Origin: a virus
Length of the DNA: 64,000 nt
Strand: one strand, 5' to 3'
IMG/VR virus record: IMGVR_UViG_3300030012_002828
Span: 1-64,000 of that record
This document shows, one piece after another, positions 17,407-27,439 of the stretch; position 1 is the stretch's first letter, and every line of letters begins with the position of its first letter. Position numbers and translations under genes: made by a program. The notes below the pieces were generated by a model. It made no database searches. It saw only the letters and a list, made by a program, of their open reading frames with translations, and was not told the origin of the DNA.

Positions 17407-19983
17407 ATGATAGACATGAAAGATTTATCTGAAGAATTAAGAGAACAACTCTTAAATGCAGCATCAAGAGAAAGGATGTCTGATGCAAGAAAAGAGCGTT
17501 TCAAAGATTTATTAGAAAGCGAAGGGTTTGAATTAACAGATACACAGTTTGAAATAATAATGACTAATCTGAGAGATTACTTAGATGATGGTAAATATTT
17601 TTTTGGTACAAACCCTAATGTAGATAAGTTATTGGATTATTTTATGTTTGATAAAAGGACAATAGCACAAGCAGTACCCACTACAAATCGACAAAGGTTT
17701 AGAGCAGGTGTAATAGATGCAATAGATAATTCAAGAATTATAGAATTAACATACGAAGGCTTGCAAAACAAGGATGAGATTATTGAAAGATTAAGCGAAG
17801 GTTTAAACGCTGAAAAAAATCCAAGAACAGGATTAGTATTATTAACAGATAAAGAAAAACAATCTTTTAAAAAATTGTTAAAAGTATTAGAAAAAGGAGA
17901 TACTGATACCAAACTAACAAGAGCAGAAGTACCATCTTTTGAAACTTTAGATTTGTTAGAAGAATCTTTAGTGAATGTTTCAGTAATGCCAGTTGAATCA
18001 AGATTAAAAATATATAATTATTGGGAAGGTATAGAAAATAAATTTGATGAGTTTAGTGATGCGGTTAATGCGGTGGATGGTCTACAAGATGATTTATTAG
18101 CAGCCTTTAGAGAAAGGGGAGTTAATGTTATTGAACAGGCGGAAGAAAGTAATCCTTACGAAGATGCATTTGCTAATCTAACATCAAATAGTATTTTTCC
18201 TTCTTACATAGTTAAATTTAGTTCTGTTAAAATAGAAGATGAGTCTGACGAAAGAATGGCATTGAAATTATTTAAGAAATTTTTTAATATGTTAGGGAAA
18301 GAAATACCTGAAGAAATAAAAGAAAAATTAAAAGATGCTTCGAGTGATGCAGATGCAAGAGAACAAAGTGCTTCCGGTACTTTTGCTGATTATGATACGG
18401 GTGTTCCGATAGGTTATATTGATACTACTGTTAGTGATGACTTGACAGAAGAAATAGAACAAGCACAAGAAATGATTGATAGGACTATGGTTGAAAAATT
18501 TGTAGACCCATTATTTAGCATTCTAATTAATAATAATAATATTTCAGGAGAATATACTGATGAAATTATAAGTCGAGCAAAGGAGTTAATAGAAAGTAAA
18601 CTTAATTTGGGTAAATTAGGTAAATTTACAAAAGATTTAAAGAAAATTGTTGATAATCAATTAGATGAGTTTTTGGATAATTATAAAAGTTCAAGAGCAG
18701 TTAATTCAATGATAGAAAGAAATGAATTTTATTTACCTTTAATGAATAATAATGAAACCATAGAATATTTTGATTCTTTAAGTGTAGCCATTACAATTTT
18801 TTATTATGAAAATGGTGCTGGCCCAAAACAAAAAACATTTAATAAATATTCTGAGGCTTCTAAATTTGTTAATGATAATATTAAAAATTTCTTTAGTAAT
18901 GTTGGTTCGTTTATTGAATTGCAATCAGAAGTAGAAAAATTGTTAGAACGCCCCTATCAACCTAAATTTGGTGGTAAAAAGGGTAAAGGTACAGGTACAC
19001 AATATCAATTTTTAGGCGGTATCACAAGACCAACAATAACAAGATTAGCAGAAGCAAATATAGAAAGAATGAAAGAAATAGAACCTTTAATAAAATTGAT
19101 AGAAGAATATATTATTAAACCTCTAACAAGTAAAAATGTATTGTTTGATGATTTACCTGAATTCTATACATCTAAAGAATTTAAAGATTTTCCTAAGATA
19201 TTACAAAGTAGTAATGTAAGTATGGCAAGAAGGGCTATTACGGCAGGGTCTGAACCTATTGTAGAACTTGATGATTACATTAAAATAAATTCATTTTTAT
19301 ATAAACTATCTGTAAAAGAACAATTATATTACAGCGATAGTTTGAATACACAATTTGAAGATGCTGTTGATGCTTATACAAAATTTTTCTCTCATGTAGA
19401 TTCTATTGTTGATGAAGATGATAATGTTAGAATGCCGGATATTATAGATAATACAACAATTATGTTTGGTGATACTTTATACGAAATTGCTAAGGCAACT
19501 GAAAGTGATAGCGAATTGAATGAAATAGAATTTATGGGAGAACCTTTACCTTATTGGAATAAAAAACAAGAAGAAACAGGGGCTTCTGTTGAAAGCCTAA
19601 TTAGATTAGTAGATTCACCAGAATGGGAAAGATTTGTTGCCGAATCAACAATTAAAGGTATAAAAACACAAAACGAAAGATTAATTAAAAGATTAAAAAG
19701 TAGTGATTTAAAATTAACAGGGCCGATAACCCATGCTATGCTTCAAGCAACAGATATGATTAGAAAAATGAATGGGGAACAAATATACTATGCAAGATAT
19801 GATATTTCAGAAATAGACGATATAGAATATGTTGTTAATCTAATAGAAAAAGAAAATAATGTTGATTTATATGGTATAGATATTTATAATATAGTTAAAA
19901 GTCAATCTTCCTTTAATGATATAGCAAATAATTTAGGTTTATCAACCGAAATAGTGTATAAAGTTAAGGGGTTATTTAGATGA
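17407..19983 (+). CDS. Large acidic helical hypothetical protein with C-terminal HTH-like segment
   Basis: 858 aa; ends SFNDIANNLGLSTEIVYKVKGLFR. Confidence 0.7.
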   Translation: MIDMKDLSEELREQLLNAASRERMSDARKERFKDLLESEGFELTDTQFEIIMTNLRDYLDDGKYFFGTNPNVDKLLDYFMFDKRTIAQAVPTTNRQRFRAGVIDAIDNSRIIELTYEGLQNKDEIIERLSEGLNAEKNPRTGLVLLTDKEKQSFKKLLKVLEKGDTDTKLTRAEVPSFETLDLLEESLVNVSVMPVESRLKIYNYWEGIENKFDEFSDAVNAVDGLQDDLLAAFRERGVNVIEQAEESNPYEDAFANLTSNSIFPSYIVKFSSVKIEDESDERMALKLFKKFFNMLGKEIPEEIKEKLKDASSDADAREQSASGTFADYDTGVPIGYIDTTVSDDLTEEIEQAQEMIDRTMVEKFVDPLFSILINNNNISGEYTDEIISRAKELIESKLNLGKLGKFTKDLKKIVDNQLDEFLDNYKSSRAVNSMIERNEFYLPLMNNNETIEYFDSLSVAITIFYYENGAGPKQKTFNKYSEASKFVNDNIKNFFSNVGSFIELQSEVEKLLERPYQPKFGGKKGKGTGTQYQFLGGITRPTITRLAEANIERMKEIEPLIKLIEEYIIKPLTSKNVLFDDLPEFYTSKEFKDFPKILQSSNVSMARRAITAGSEPIVELDDYIKINSFLYKLSVKEQLYYSDSLNTQFEDAVDAYTKFFSHVDSIVDEDDNVRMPDIIDNTTIMFGDTLYEIAKATESDSELNEIEFMGEPLPYWNKKQEETGASVESLIRLVDSPEWERFVAESTIKGIKTQNERLIKRLKSSDLKLTGPITHAMLQATDMIRKMNGEQIYYARYDISEIDDIEYVVNLIEKENNVDLYGIDIYNIVKSQSSFNDIANNLGLSTEIVYKVKGLFR

Positions 19984-20540
19984 AAATAACATTTAAGATT
20001 GAACCCGCAACTGTTAGTGAATCAGTTTATATTTCTAAGTTCAAAGAAGATTGGAATTATGAAAGAAAGTCAAGAGGTGATATGAGTGCAATTACATTTA
20101 CTTCACCAAATAGGGTATTTTTTATTGCTACGATATTAACCCCTAAAGAATATGAAGGTAAATTAGCAGGCTATTGTGGTTATGGTATACATTCCGATGT
20201 TATTATAGAACAAGGTTCTTATGTTTTAGGTGGCCTTGCTGTAACAAAAGAAGGTAGTAATGCTATAAATTTAAGAGGAAATGGTGTTTATTCTGCTTTA
20301 AGAAATAAAAGAAATAATGTTGTAGAAAAACTCGCTAAAGAAAAGGGTGTACCATTTTTAGTTTTATTAGGATTAAAATCAACAGCACATGAATATTATA
20401 GAAATAGAGGATATGTAGAAAATTCTGAAAATATCCCAGAATGGTGTTTAAATAAAATAAAAGGAACAGGTAAAACTTGGTTTGTTTATAATGAAAATAT
20501 TGCTATGAAGAAAGCATGGGATATAATAAAAGGTAGGTGA
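19980..20540 (+). CDS. Putative GNAT-fold acetyltransferase with C-terminal tag
   Basis: GKLAGYCGY strand, motif A-like LRGNGVYSAL, motif B-like YYRNRGY; ends MKK|AWDIIK|GR. Confidence 0.6.
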   Translation: MKITFKIEPATVSESVYISKFKEDWNYERKSRGDMSAITFTSPNRVFFIATILTPKEYEGKLAGYCGYGIHSDVIIEQGSYVLGGLAVTKEGSNAINLRGNGVYSALRNKRNNVVEKLAKEKGVPFLVLLGLKSTAHEYYRNRGYVENSENIPEWCLNKIKGTGKTWFVYNENIAMKKAWDIIKGR

Positions 20541-21961
20541 AGGTAATGGATTTACTTACAGAAATGGATTTAGAAATGTCTAAAGACAATTTTCCTTATT
20601 TTTTTGAAAAGGTATTAGGTTATGAGTTAGCAGATTTTCATCAGGAATGGTTAGACCTTGTAAATAATACTTCACGCACAGTAATTATTTGTAGTCGTGA
20701 CCACGGAAAATCAGTTTTTTTCCATTCATGGTGTGTTTATCAATTATGTTTTCAAGAACCGCCATATCAAATGCTTTACATTTCTTCTAACCATAAACAG
20801 ACAATGGTACATATGAAAGACATAGATAGAATGTTCACTAATATTCCACAATTAAAGAAGTTTAAACCGAGAGGTGGTTGGGCTGTTGGGGCTATGCGAT
20901 TAACTAATGGTAATGAAATATTAGAGCGTTCAGTAGGTTCTCAGATTCGTGGTCTACACCCTCAAGAAATTATTATTGATGACCCTCTAAAAGAATTTAG
21001 TATGACGGCTATTCAAAGAGTTACGGATTGGTTTTGGGGAGATATGATTCCTACACTTCACCATACTGCTTCTCTAAGAATGGTTGGAACTCCATTTACC
21101 TATACAGACATATTTGTACAATTGGAAGAAAACCCCGCATACAATGTCGAGAGATACCCTGCAATTAAACAAGATGGTTCAGCACTTTGGCCTAATCGTT
21201 GGAGTTTAGAAATGCTCGAAGAAAGAAAAGTAGAAATAGGTTCATCTAAATTTACAAGAGAATATCTTTGTGTTCCTATCAGTACAAATACTATGCTTTT
21301 TGCCCCCGATGCTATCAAAGCCTGTAAAAATCCCTATGCTTCGCTTGAGGGAGTTGCGAGAGATGATTATAGATATTACATAGGATATGACCCTGCTATT
21401 TCTGCAAATGGTGACTATACTGTAATGATGGTCTTAGAGGTTGATGATAATATGAATAAGCAGGTAGTACATATGTTTAGAGCAAAGGGTCTTGACTTTC
21501 GAGAACATATTAATCATATAATGGAATTGTGTAGAAGATATAAACCTGAAATTGTTATGATAGAAACTAATACCTTTGCTAAGGCTTTTGCTATGGAATT
21601 AAAAAACATATCAGATTTTCCTGTTAAAGAATTTACTATGAGTAGAAAGAAAAAGGAAGAGATTATTTTAAATTTACAGATGAATATTGACAATGGAAAA
21701 CTTATTTTACCTACACAAAATGAAAAATCAAGAGCAGTTACAGATATGATAGTACAGGAATTAGGTGCTTTTGGTATTAATGCACATGGTAAAATTGAAG
21801 GTGTAGGCGCACATGATGATATAGTTATTGCTCTCGCATTAGCCAATTATGCAACAAAAACATTTAGCGATGCATTTATAGACATTGACAGTAGTGGACT
21901 ATTTAATTCTCCTACTGTTACACCGAGTAAGGGAGGTGGCTTTTTTGGTATTAATACTTAA
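20537..21961 (+). CDS. terL: Terminase large subunit
   Basis: Walker A SRDHGKS, Walker B IIIDDP, coupling motif VGTP, nuclease motifs IGYDPA and HDDIVIALALA. Confidence 0.95.
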   Translation: MKVMDLLTEMDLEMSKDNFPYFFEKVLGYELADFHQEWLDLVNNTSRTVIICSRDHGKSVFFHSWCVYQLCFQEPPYQMLYISSNHKQTMVHMKDIDRMFTNIPQLKKFKPRGGWAVGAMRLTNGNEILERSVGSQIRGLHPQEIIIDDPLKEFSMTAIQRVTDWFWGDMIPTLHHTASLRMVGTPFTYTDIFVQLEENPAYNVERYPAIKQDGSALWPNRWSLEMLEERKVEIGSSKFTREYLCVPISTNTMLFAPDAIKACKNPYASLEGVARDDYRYYIGYDPAISANGDYTVMMVLEVDDNMNKQVVHMFRAKGLDFREHINHIMELCRRYKPEIVMIETNTFAKAFAMELKNISDFPVKEFTMSRKKKEEIILNLQMNIDNGKLILPTQNEKSRAVTDMIVQELGAFGINAHGKIEGVGAHDDIVIALALANYATKTFSDAFIDIDSSGLFNSPTVTPSKGGGFFGINT

Positions 21962-23342
21962 ACAAGATGAAATTGATGTTGAAGAATTAGAACGAAATGT
22001 TGAAGAAATCAAAAGGGTTAAACAACAACAAGATATGTTAGAAGAATCTGTTAAACCTATTAAGGAAAAACTTAAACAAACATTTGGTAAATCAAATGTA
22101 TCTAAATGGATTACTACACAATATGGAGATGAAGTGGAGATATTAAAAGAAATTTCTAAAACACTAAAAATTAATTTATCTGAAGCAACGAGTTATATTA
22201 CACAACTACCCGTAGAACCAATTGTCGCTGAAAAGAATATTCCTGATTTAGTTAAAGAATTAAGAGGTATGAGAAGAAAATTAAAAGGAGATTCTAAAGA
22301 TAAATTATCTAAAGGGATAGATTATTTAATTACAGCATATGAAAATTATGTTCAGAAAAGTTTAGATTCAATTTATTGGTTAAAGCCGTATCAATCAGGA
22401 TTTAGTAGATTGGGGTATAGCCCATCACATATTCAAAAATTGCATAATATAAAAGACGGAGAAACAAGAACTAAAATTATAGAACTTTGTTGTAAAATGT
22501 GGGAAAGTGATTTAGAAAAGAAAAGTTTGGATTATGGTACAGAATACTCAAAGCATTGTGTTATTTTAAATGAAAGTAAAAAAGAACTAAGAAAAATACT
22601 TAAAGATATTCCGCATCAATCTATTAGAAAGGGTAAAAAAGAAATGATAGAAAAAAGTGTTAAAGAAATTTTATGTAATAATCAAGGCTTATCTTCCAAT
22701 GAAATACATTCAAGGTTATCAGATGGTCATTCTAAAATATCAACACCACAGTCTATTTCTAAAATGTTAATGAAGATAGATGCCACTAAAGTAGATAATG
22801 AATATTATTTAGTTAAACCCTTAATTAAAAAAGATTTATATTCTTATGTAGCAGGTTTTATTGATTCAGATGGTTTTATTACTATGGATTCATCAACAGC
22901 ACCGAGAGTAGGTATGATTGCTACGGGTCAAAGAGGTAAAGCATTTTTTCAAGAATTAGAACAAGAATTAAAATGTGGTAGACTTCACTTAGACCAAAAG
23001 GTAGGAGATAATAATAGAAGCCAACATAGACTAAATTTTTACAGTCAAAATGATATTAGTGCTATATTAGAAAAATGCTTACCACATTTAAGAATGAAGA
23101 AGGCTCAAGGTAAATTAATACAAGAGGCGATTAGAATCAAAAAATATCATAAGAAAACAGATTGGGCAAAACCAAGACTTCAAGAAATATTTAAACTAAT
23201 TAAGTATGAAAATTGGAAAGATTCAAGAGGTCAAGGTGCTAAAGAATTTGAGAAATATGATATAGACCCCGAAGTAGTAGTTAAATACCATGATAATTGT
23301 AAGATGCAATTGATGGATAGTCTTGAAAGTGGGGTGGTTTGA
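21945..23342 (+). CDS. LAGLIDADG endonuclease-family protein with long N-terminal helical/wHTH extension
   Basis: YVAGFIDSDGFI motif and PHLRMKKAQ. Probable start TTG 21945 after GGAGGTG (MVLILKQ..). Confidence 0.85.
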   Translation: MVLILKQDEIDVEELERNVEEIKRVKQQQDMLEESVKPIKEKLKQTFGKSNVSKWITTQYGDEVEILKEISKTLKINLSEATSYITQLPVEPIVAEKNIPDLVKELRGMRRKLKGDSKDKLSKGIDYLITAYENYVQKSLDSIYWLKPYQSGFSRLGYSPSHIQKLHNIKDGETRTKIIELCCKMWESDLEKKSLDYGTEYSKHCVILNESKKELRKILKDIPHQSIRKGKKEMIEKSVKEILCNNQGLSSNEIHSRLSDGHSKISTPQSISKMLMKIDATKVDNEYYLVKPLIKKDLYSYVAGFIDSDGFITMDSSTAPRVGMIATGQRGKAFFQELEQELKCGRLHLDQKVGDNNRSQHRLNFYSQNDISAILEKCLPHLRMKKAQGKLIQEAIRIKKYHKKTDWAKPRLQEIFKLIKYENWKDSRGQGAKEFEKYDIDPEVVVKYHDNCKMQLMDSLESGVV

Positions 23343-24979
23343 TGGGTTTAAGAGATTACTTGGGTAAATTTGTCAGAAGAAGAACACCGACCCCACTTGC
23401 TAAAGAAGTATACAATTTAGGAATACAAGAAAAAAGAAATGTTCAACATATTATTGGGCCTGTTTTATATGATGTTGCTAATCAATCAACAATAGTTAGG
23501 ACTTGTATTACTCAACTAAAGACAGAAATATTTAGAAGAGGTTATGAATGGGAAAAATCGTTTTATAAAATATGTGAAGAATGCGGTACAACACATGAAA
23601 AAGAAACTGATGTTTGTAGAAATTGTAATAGTAATAAATTAAGAAGCCCATCTAACGCACAAATAGAATATGCAAAAAAATTCTTTGAAGGGTATGTTAA
23701 TCGTTCTGAGCAAAAATTTATTGATGTATTAAAAGAATTAGAATCAGATTTAAATATTGCTGATGATGCTTACCTAATATTAGTTAAAGAATATTATTTA
23801 GATAATCAAGGTAATGTAGCATTACATAAAATAAAAGAAATTTATAGAGGCGACCCTTTAACAATGTATATTGATGTTGATGAAGAAGGAGATAGAGGTG
23901 AAGCGCATTACACTTGTGTAACACATAGAGATATTTATGCTGACAATAATGATAGTCCTTGTCCTCATTGTGGTAGTAAATTACAACCTGTTTATTATAT
24001 TAATAGAGTACATGGTAAAGACCAATACTTTGTAGAAGGAGAAGTTATGCATTTAAGTAAGTATAACCCTTCAAGGCTTTATGGCTTTTCACCTATTCTA
24101 ACTCTATGGAGTCATATTACAACATTAATTGCTATGGAAAATTATATCAATACATCTTATACAAAAGCAAGAGCACCAAGAGGTATTCTTGCTGTACAAA
24201 CTAATAACATGGAATCACTTGTAAAATATTGGAAAGGTGTCAAAGAAAAGTTAGAAAAAGACCCACACTATATTCCTATTATGGGTATTGAAACAGATGG
24301 CGGTAGTAAAGGTAGTATTGAATGGGTACAATTTATGAATACTCTAAAAGAAATGGATTACATAAATGTTAAAGATGACCTAAGAGATAGAATAGGTGCT
24401 TTTTATGGTGTAAGCAAAATCTTTCAAGGTGATACTTCAACAAGTGGTGGATTAAATAATGAAGGTATGCAGATTCTTGTAACTAATCGTTCAGTAGAAT
24501 TAGCACAAAATGTATATAATCAATACCTATTTCCATTTTTACTAAAACAGTTTGGTATTACTGACTGGTCACTTAAACTATTGCGTTCAGAAGAAGAAGA
24601 TAATGTAGCCGATTTGAGAAGAAGAGAAATTGAAATTAATCTTGCTACACAAATTAAAAATTTAGGTTTTGAAGTAGATATGGATGAAGACGGTAATTTC
24701 ATATATTCTAAACCACCACCTAAAGAAAAAGATAAACCTATGGATGGCAAATCAGATACTAAATTAGAAACAGACCCATATGCAGGAACAGATATAGATG
24801 CAAGTCAATTAGGACAATTACAAGAACAACAATTATTAGGACAACAGGGCGGTTCTATTGCACCAGAAACAAGAAATAAACCTTCTATGAGTGTTGGGCC
24901 ACCTAAAAGAAATACAGGATTACCAAAAGAAGCAGCAAATAATAATGTTGATAGAAGAACAGAAAGGAGAGTTGGTTAA
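23339..24979 (+). CDS. Portal protein with two Cys-rich (Zn-ribbon-like) insertions
   Basis: Follows terL; portal motifs DLNIADDAY, LYGFSPI, APRGIL, IGAFYGV; CEEC..CRNC and C..H..CPHC. Confidence 0.9.
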   Translation: MMGLRDYLGKFVRRRTPTPLAKEVYNLGIQEKRNVQHIIGPVLYDVANQSTIVRTCITQLKTEIFRRGYEWEKSFYKICEECGTTHEKETDVCRNCNSNKLRSPSNAQIEYAKKFFEGYVNRSEQKFIDVLKELESDLNIADDAYLILVKEYYLDNQGNVALHKIKEIYRGDPLTMYIDVDEEGDRGEAHYTCVTHRDIYADNNDSPCPHCGSKLQPVYYINRVHGKDQYFVEGEVMHLSKYNPSRLYGFSPILTLWSHITTLIAMENYINTSYTKARAPRGILAVQTNNMESLVKYWKGVKEKLEKDPHYIPIMGIETDGGSKGSIEWVQFMNTLKEMDYINVKDDLRDRIGAFYGVSKIFQGDTSTSGGLNNEGMQILVTNRSVELAQNVYNQYLFPFLLKQFGITDWSLKLLRSEEEDNVADLRRREIEINLATQIKNLGFEVDMDEDGNFIYSKPPPKEKDKPMDGKSDTKLETDPYAGTDIDASQLGQLQEQQLLGQQGGSIAPETRNKPSMSVGPPKRNTGLPKEAANNNVDRRTERRVG

Positions 24980-24980
24980 A

Positions 24981-25205
24981 ATGAATAACGATATAATTAA
25001 TAGAAAATTAGAACAAGCAAGAGCAAAAATAGATGCACTAAGAAAAAAAGTAAATACTGAACCAAAGGCAGCAAAAAAAACTGTTAATACAGTACCTGCT
25101 GGAGTTCAAGAACACCCACCTGTAAATAAAGGGCAGAATGAACAAACAATTCCGGGTTTTATTACAGGAGGCCCAAAAATAAATAAGAAGATGAAGGAAG
25201 TTTAA
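24981..25205 (+). CDS. Small hypothetical head-module protein
   Basis: ATG 24981 directly after the portal stop. Confidence 0.65.
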   Translation: MNNDIINRKLEQARAKIDALRKKVNTEPKAAKKTVNTVPAGVQEHPPVNKGQNEQTIPGFITGGPKINKKMKEV

Positions 25206-25207
25206 AT

Positions 25208-27439
25208 ATGCAATCTTTATTCTTAATAGATAATTTACGAAAGAGTCTTTATACAAGACTTTACTATATTTTAGTAGATAGTGATTATATTATTAAGGCT
25301 TTGTCTGACAAAGAAATAAAAGAAATGATGGACTTTGTTTCTGCTAAAAGAAATGCGATAGAAAACGCTATTCGTCAATCAAGATATGCAGATAAAAAAA
25401 TTAATTATCCAAATAGTCTATATAAGAAAAGATATGAAGAAATAGAAGAAAAATATGCAAAGTTGGATGACTCTACAAGAGGTTATGGTGCAGTAAAGCG
25501 AAGAGAACAAATGGAAGCGGAGATAAAATCATTAAATAAAAGACTTGGTGAAGATATTGCTAAAAAATATCCTTTAGAAAATTTAGAAACACAATTAATT
25601 ACTCAATATATTGAAGACAATCACAGTAATGAAACTGTAAAGGATGTTAAAAATCAATTAGAGGATTATAGACTATCAGAATTTGATAAAAGAATGGAAC
25701 AACAAAGGCAAATAAATACCGAAAGAGAACCTCAAAGATTAGAAAGACAAAGAATAAAAGATAGAAATAAAAGAATTTTTGATGAAAAATGGAAAAAGGC
25801 ACAAGAAAAATTTAAAAAACTTATGGGTAGTAGGGACAAAAAAAGTAAAATAGATATTCTTATAGAAGATTGGATGAAAAGTACCGTAAATACAAGACCT
25901 GAAGATTACAGAAACATGACTAAATTACTCGATTTTGTAGGAAGTTTGAAATATACTGATAGTAAAACTATTCCAAGACTAAAGAAATTTTTAAGCGAAG
26001 AAGAATTATCTTCTGAAGATAAAAATAAATTAAATAAAATTTTAGAAGAATTAGAAAAAGAACAAAAACAAAGAGAAAAGAAAATTGGTCGTTCTTCAAA
26101 AATAACTCCTAATGCTGCTGAAGCAAAATCTGAAGGTATTAAAGTAGGAAGAAAATCAAAAATATTTAGGAAGCATATTTCTATTAAATACGCAGGTACA
26201 GAAAGTTTAAAAATAAAAAATACTGATTATTTTTTGGGTTTTGAAAAATTAGATTTAAGAATTCCCACTTGGTACAATAGTACTATTCTTAGAGATATTC
26301 CTATGTATTGGATTGAAAAATCAGGATTTACAAAAGGTTTAGATAAATGGGAAGATTTACCAGAAGATGAAAAAACCAAATATATTAAAAAAATTGTGGG
26401 ACAATTACCAGAATATCCTAAAGTAAAACCTTTGGGTACTCTTGAATCTCTTTATAGAAATGTATGGGAAAGGCATTACAAATTAGATAACAAAGAAGAC
26501 CCCGAAAATTTTGCTTATTTTGTGCAAGGTATAAGAGATGGTCTTATGGAAACAAAGGGTGATTCAGCCGCTTCTGATTTTTTAAGTTTAAAAATGTTTA
26601 AAGAAGACACTCTACCTAAATTAGTTAAGGCTATTAAATCAAACATTGTTGTAAATACTGAAACAGGCACTATTGATTTTAGATTAGGGCCTGCTTTTGG
26701 CAAACTTATGAGAAAATATAAAACTATGGAAGAAAGAACTGATATTATTGAAGATTTAATAGATATTGTTAGAGGTAAATCTCTAAGTACAAAATATGCA
26801 GGAAGAAATGCTCAAGAATTAAAATCCATAGAAAATGACATTATTGAAATGGTTAGTGAAAAAATAGAAGGTGAAACTGTTTTATCTTATATTATTAGTA
26901 CTTTTATAAGTATGTACCCTTCAACTAAAATATTATCAAGATTATTTAAAGAAGAAAAACCCGTAGTAGAAGTAAAATATCTGACACCTATGGTTTCAAA
27001 GCCAACTTTACCTAAAAGAGAACAAAAGAAGACAGGCGTAAAACTCTTACTTAGAAGAAACTTAGATGAAACTAAAAAGTCACTTGATAATTTGTTGGTA
27101 GTAATGGGTGAAGAGGATGACATCATTATTAAAGAAGATGTAGGTATTATTTTAGAATCCTTAAACAATAAACAAAAGAAAAAGGTTAAGGCAATTTTAA
27201 ATATAGCAGACCCCACAGAATACTTCGGGCACGATTTCCTTAAGTTATCGGAACTTGTTAGAGTATTGAAAACTTTAGGTGTTGTTAAGGGAGATAAAAA
27301 ACTAAATAAAAAGATTCTTAGGTTAGAAGATGAGAATATTAAGGTAGTAAAATTAGCAGCAAGATTAAGAAAAGACTACGAAAGATTATACAAGCAATTA
27401 AGAGAAATGATATATCCAAAATTAGGTGATAAAAAATGA
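25208..27439 (+). CDS. Large basic helical hypothetical protein in head module
   Basis: 743 aa; K|S/A-type sites near both ends (NLRK|S, YIIK|A, ETKK|S). Confidence 0.7.
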   Translation: MQSLFLIDNLRKSLYTRLYYILVDSDYIIKALSDKEIKEMMDFVSAKRNAIENAIRQSRYADKKINYPNSLYKKRYEEIEEKYAKLDDSTRGYGAVKRREQMEAEIKSLNKRLGEDIAKKYPLENLETQLITQYIEDNHSNETVKDVKNQLEDYRLSEFDKRMEQQRQINTEREPQRLERQRIKDRNKRIFDEKWKKAQEKFKKLMGSRDKKSKIDILIEDWMKSTVNTRPEDYRNMTKLLDFVGSLKYTDSKTIPRLKKFLSEEELSSEDKNKLNKILEELEKEQKQREKKIGRSSKITPNAAEAKSEGIKVGRKSKIFRKHISIKYAGTESLKIKNTDYFLGFEKLDLRIPTWYNSTILRDIPMYWIEKSGFTKGLDKWEDLPEDEKTKYIKKIVGQLPEYPKVKPLGTLESLYRNVWERHYKLDNKEDPENFAYFVQGIRDGLMETKGDSAASDFLSLKMFKEDTLPKLVKAIKSNIVVNTETGTIDFRLGPAFGKLMRKYKTMEERTDIIEDLIDIVRGKSLSTKYAGRNAQELKSIENDIIEMVSEKIEGETVLSYIISTFISMYPSTKILSRLFKEEKPVVEVKYLTPMVSKPTLPKREQKKTGVKLLLRRNLDETKKSLDNLLVVMGEEDDIIIKEDVGIILESLNNKQKKKVKAILNIADPTEYFGHDFLKLSELVRVLKTLGVVKGDKKLNKKILRLEDENIKVVKLAARLRKDYERLYKQLREMIYPKLGDKK

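Noticed and set aside
20537-24979. Intein or intron hosting the LAGLIDADG domain
   Set aside because: TerL and portal appear complete and uninterrupted, and no intein splice motifs flank the nuclease domain.
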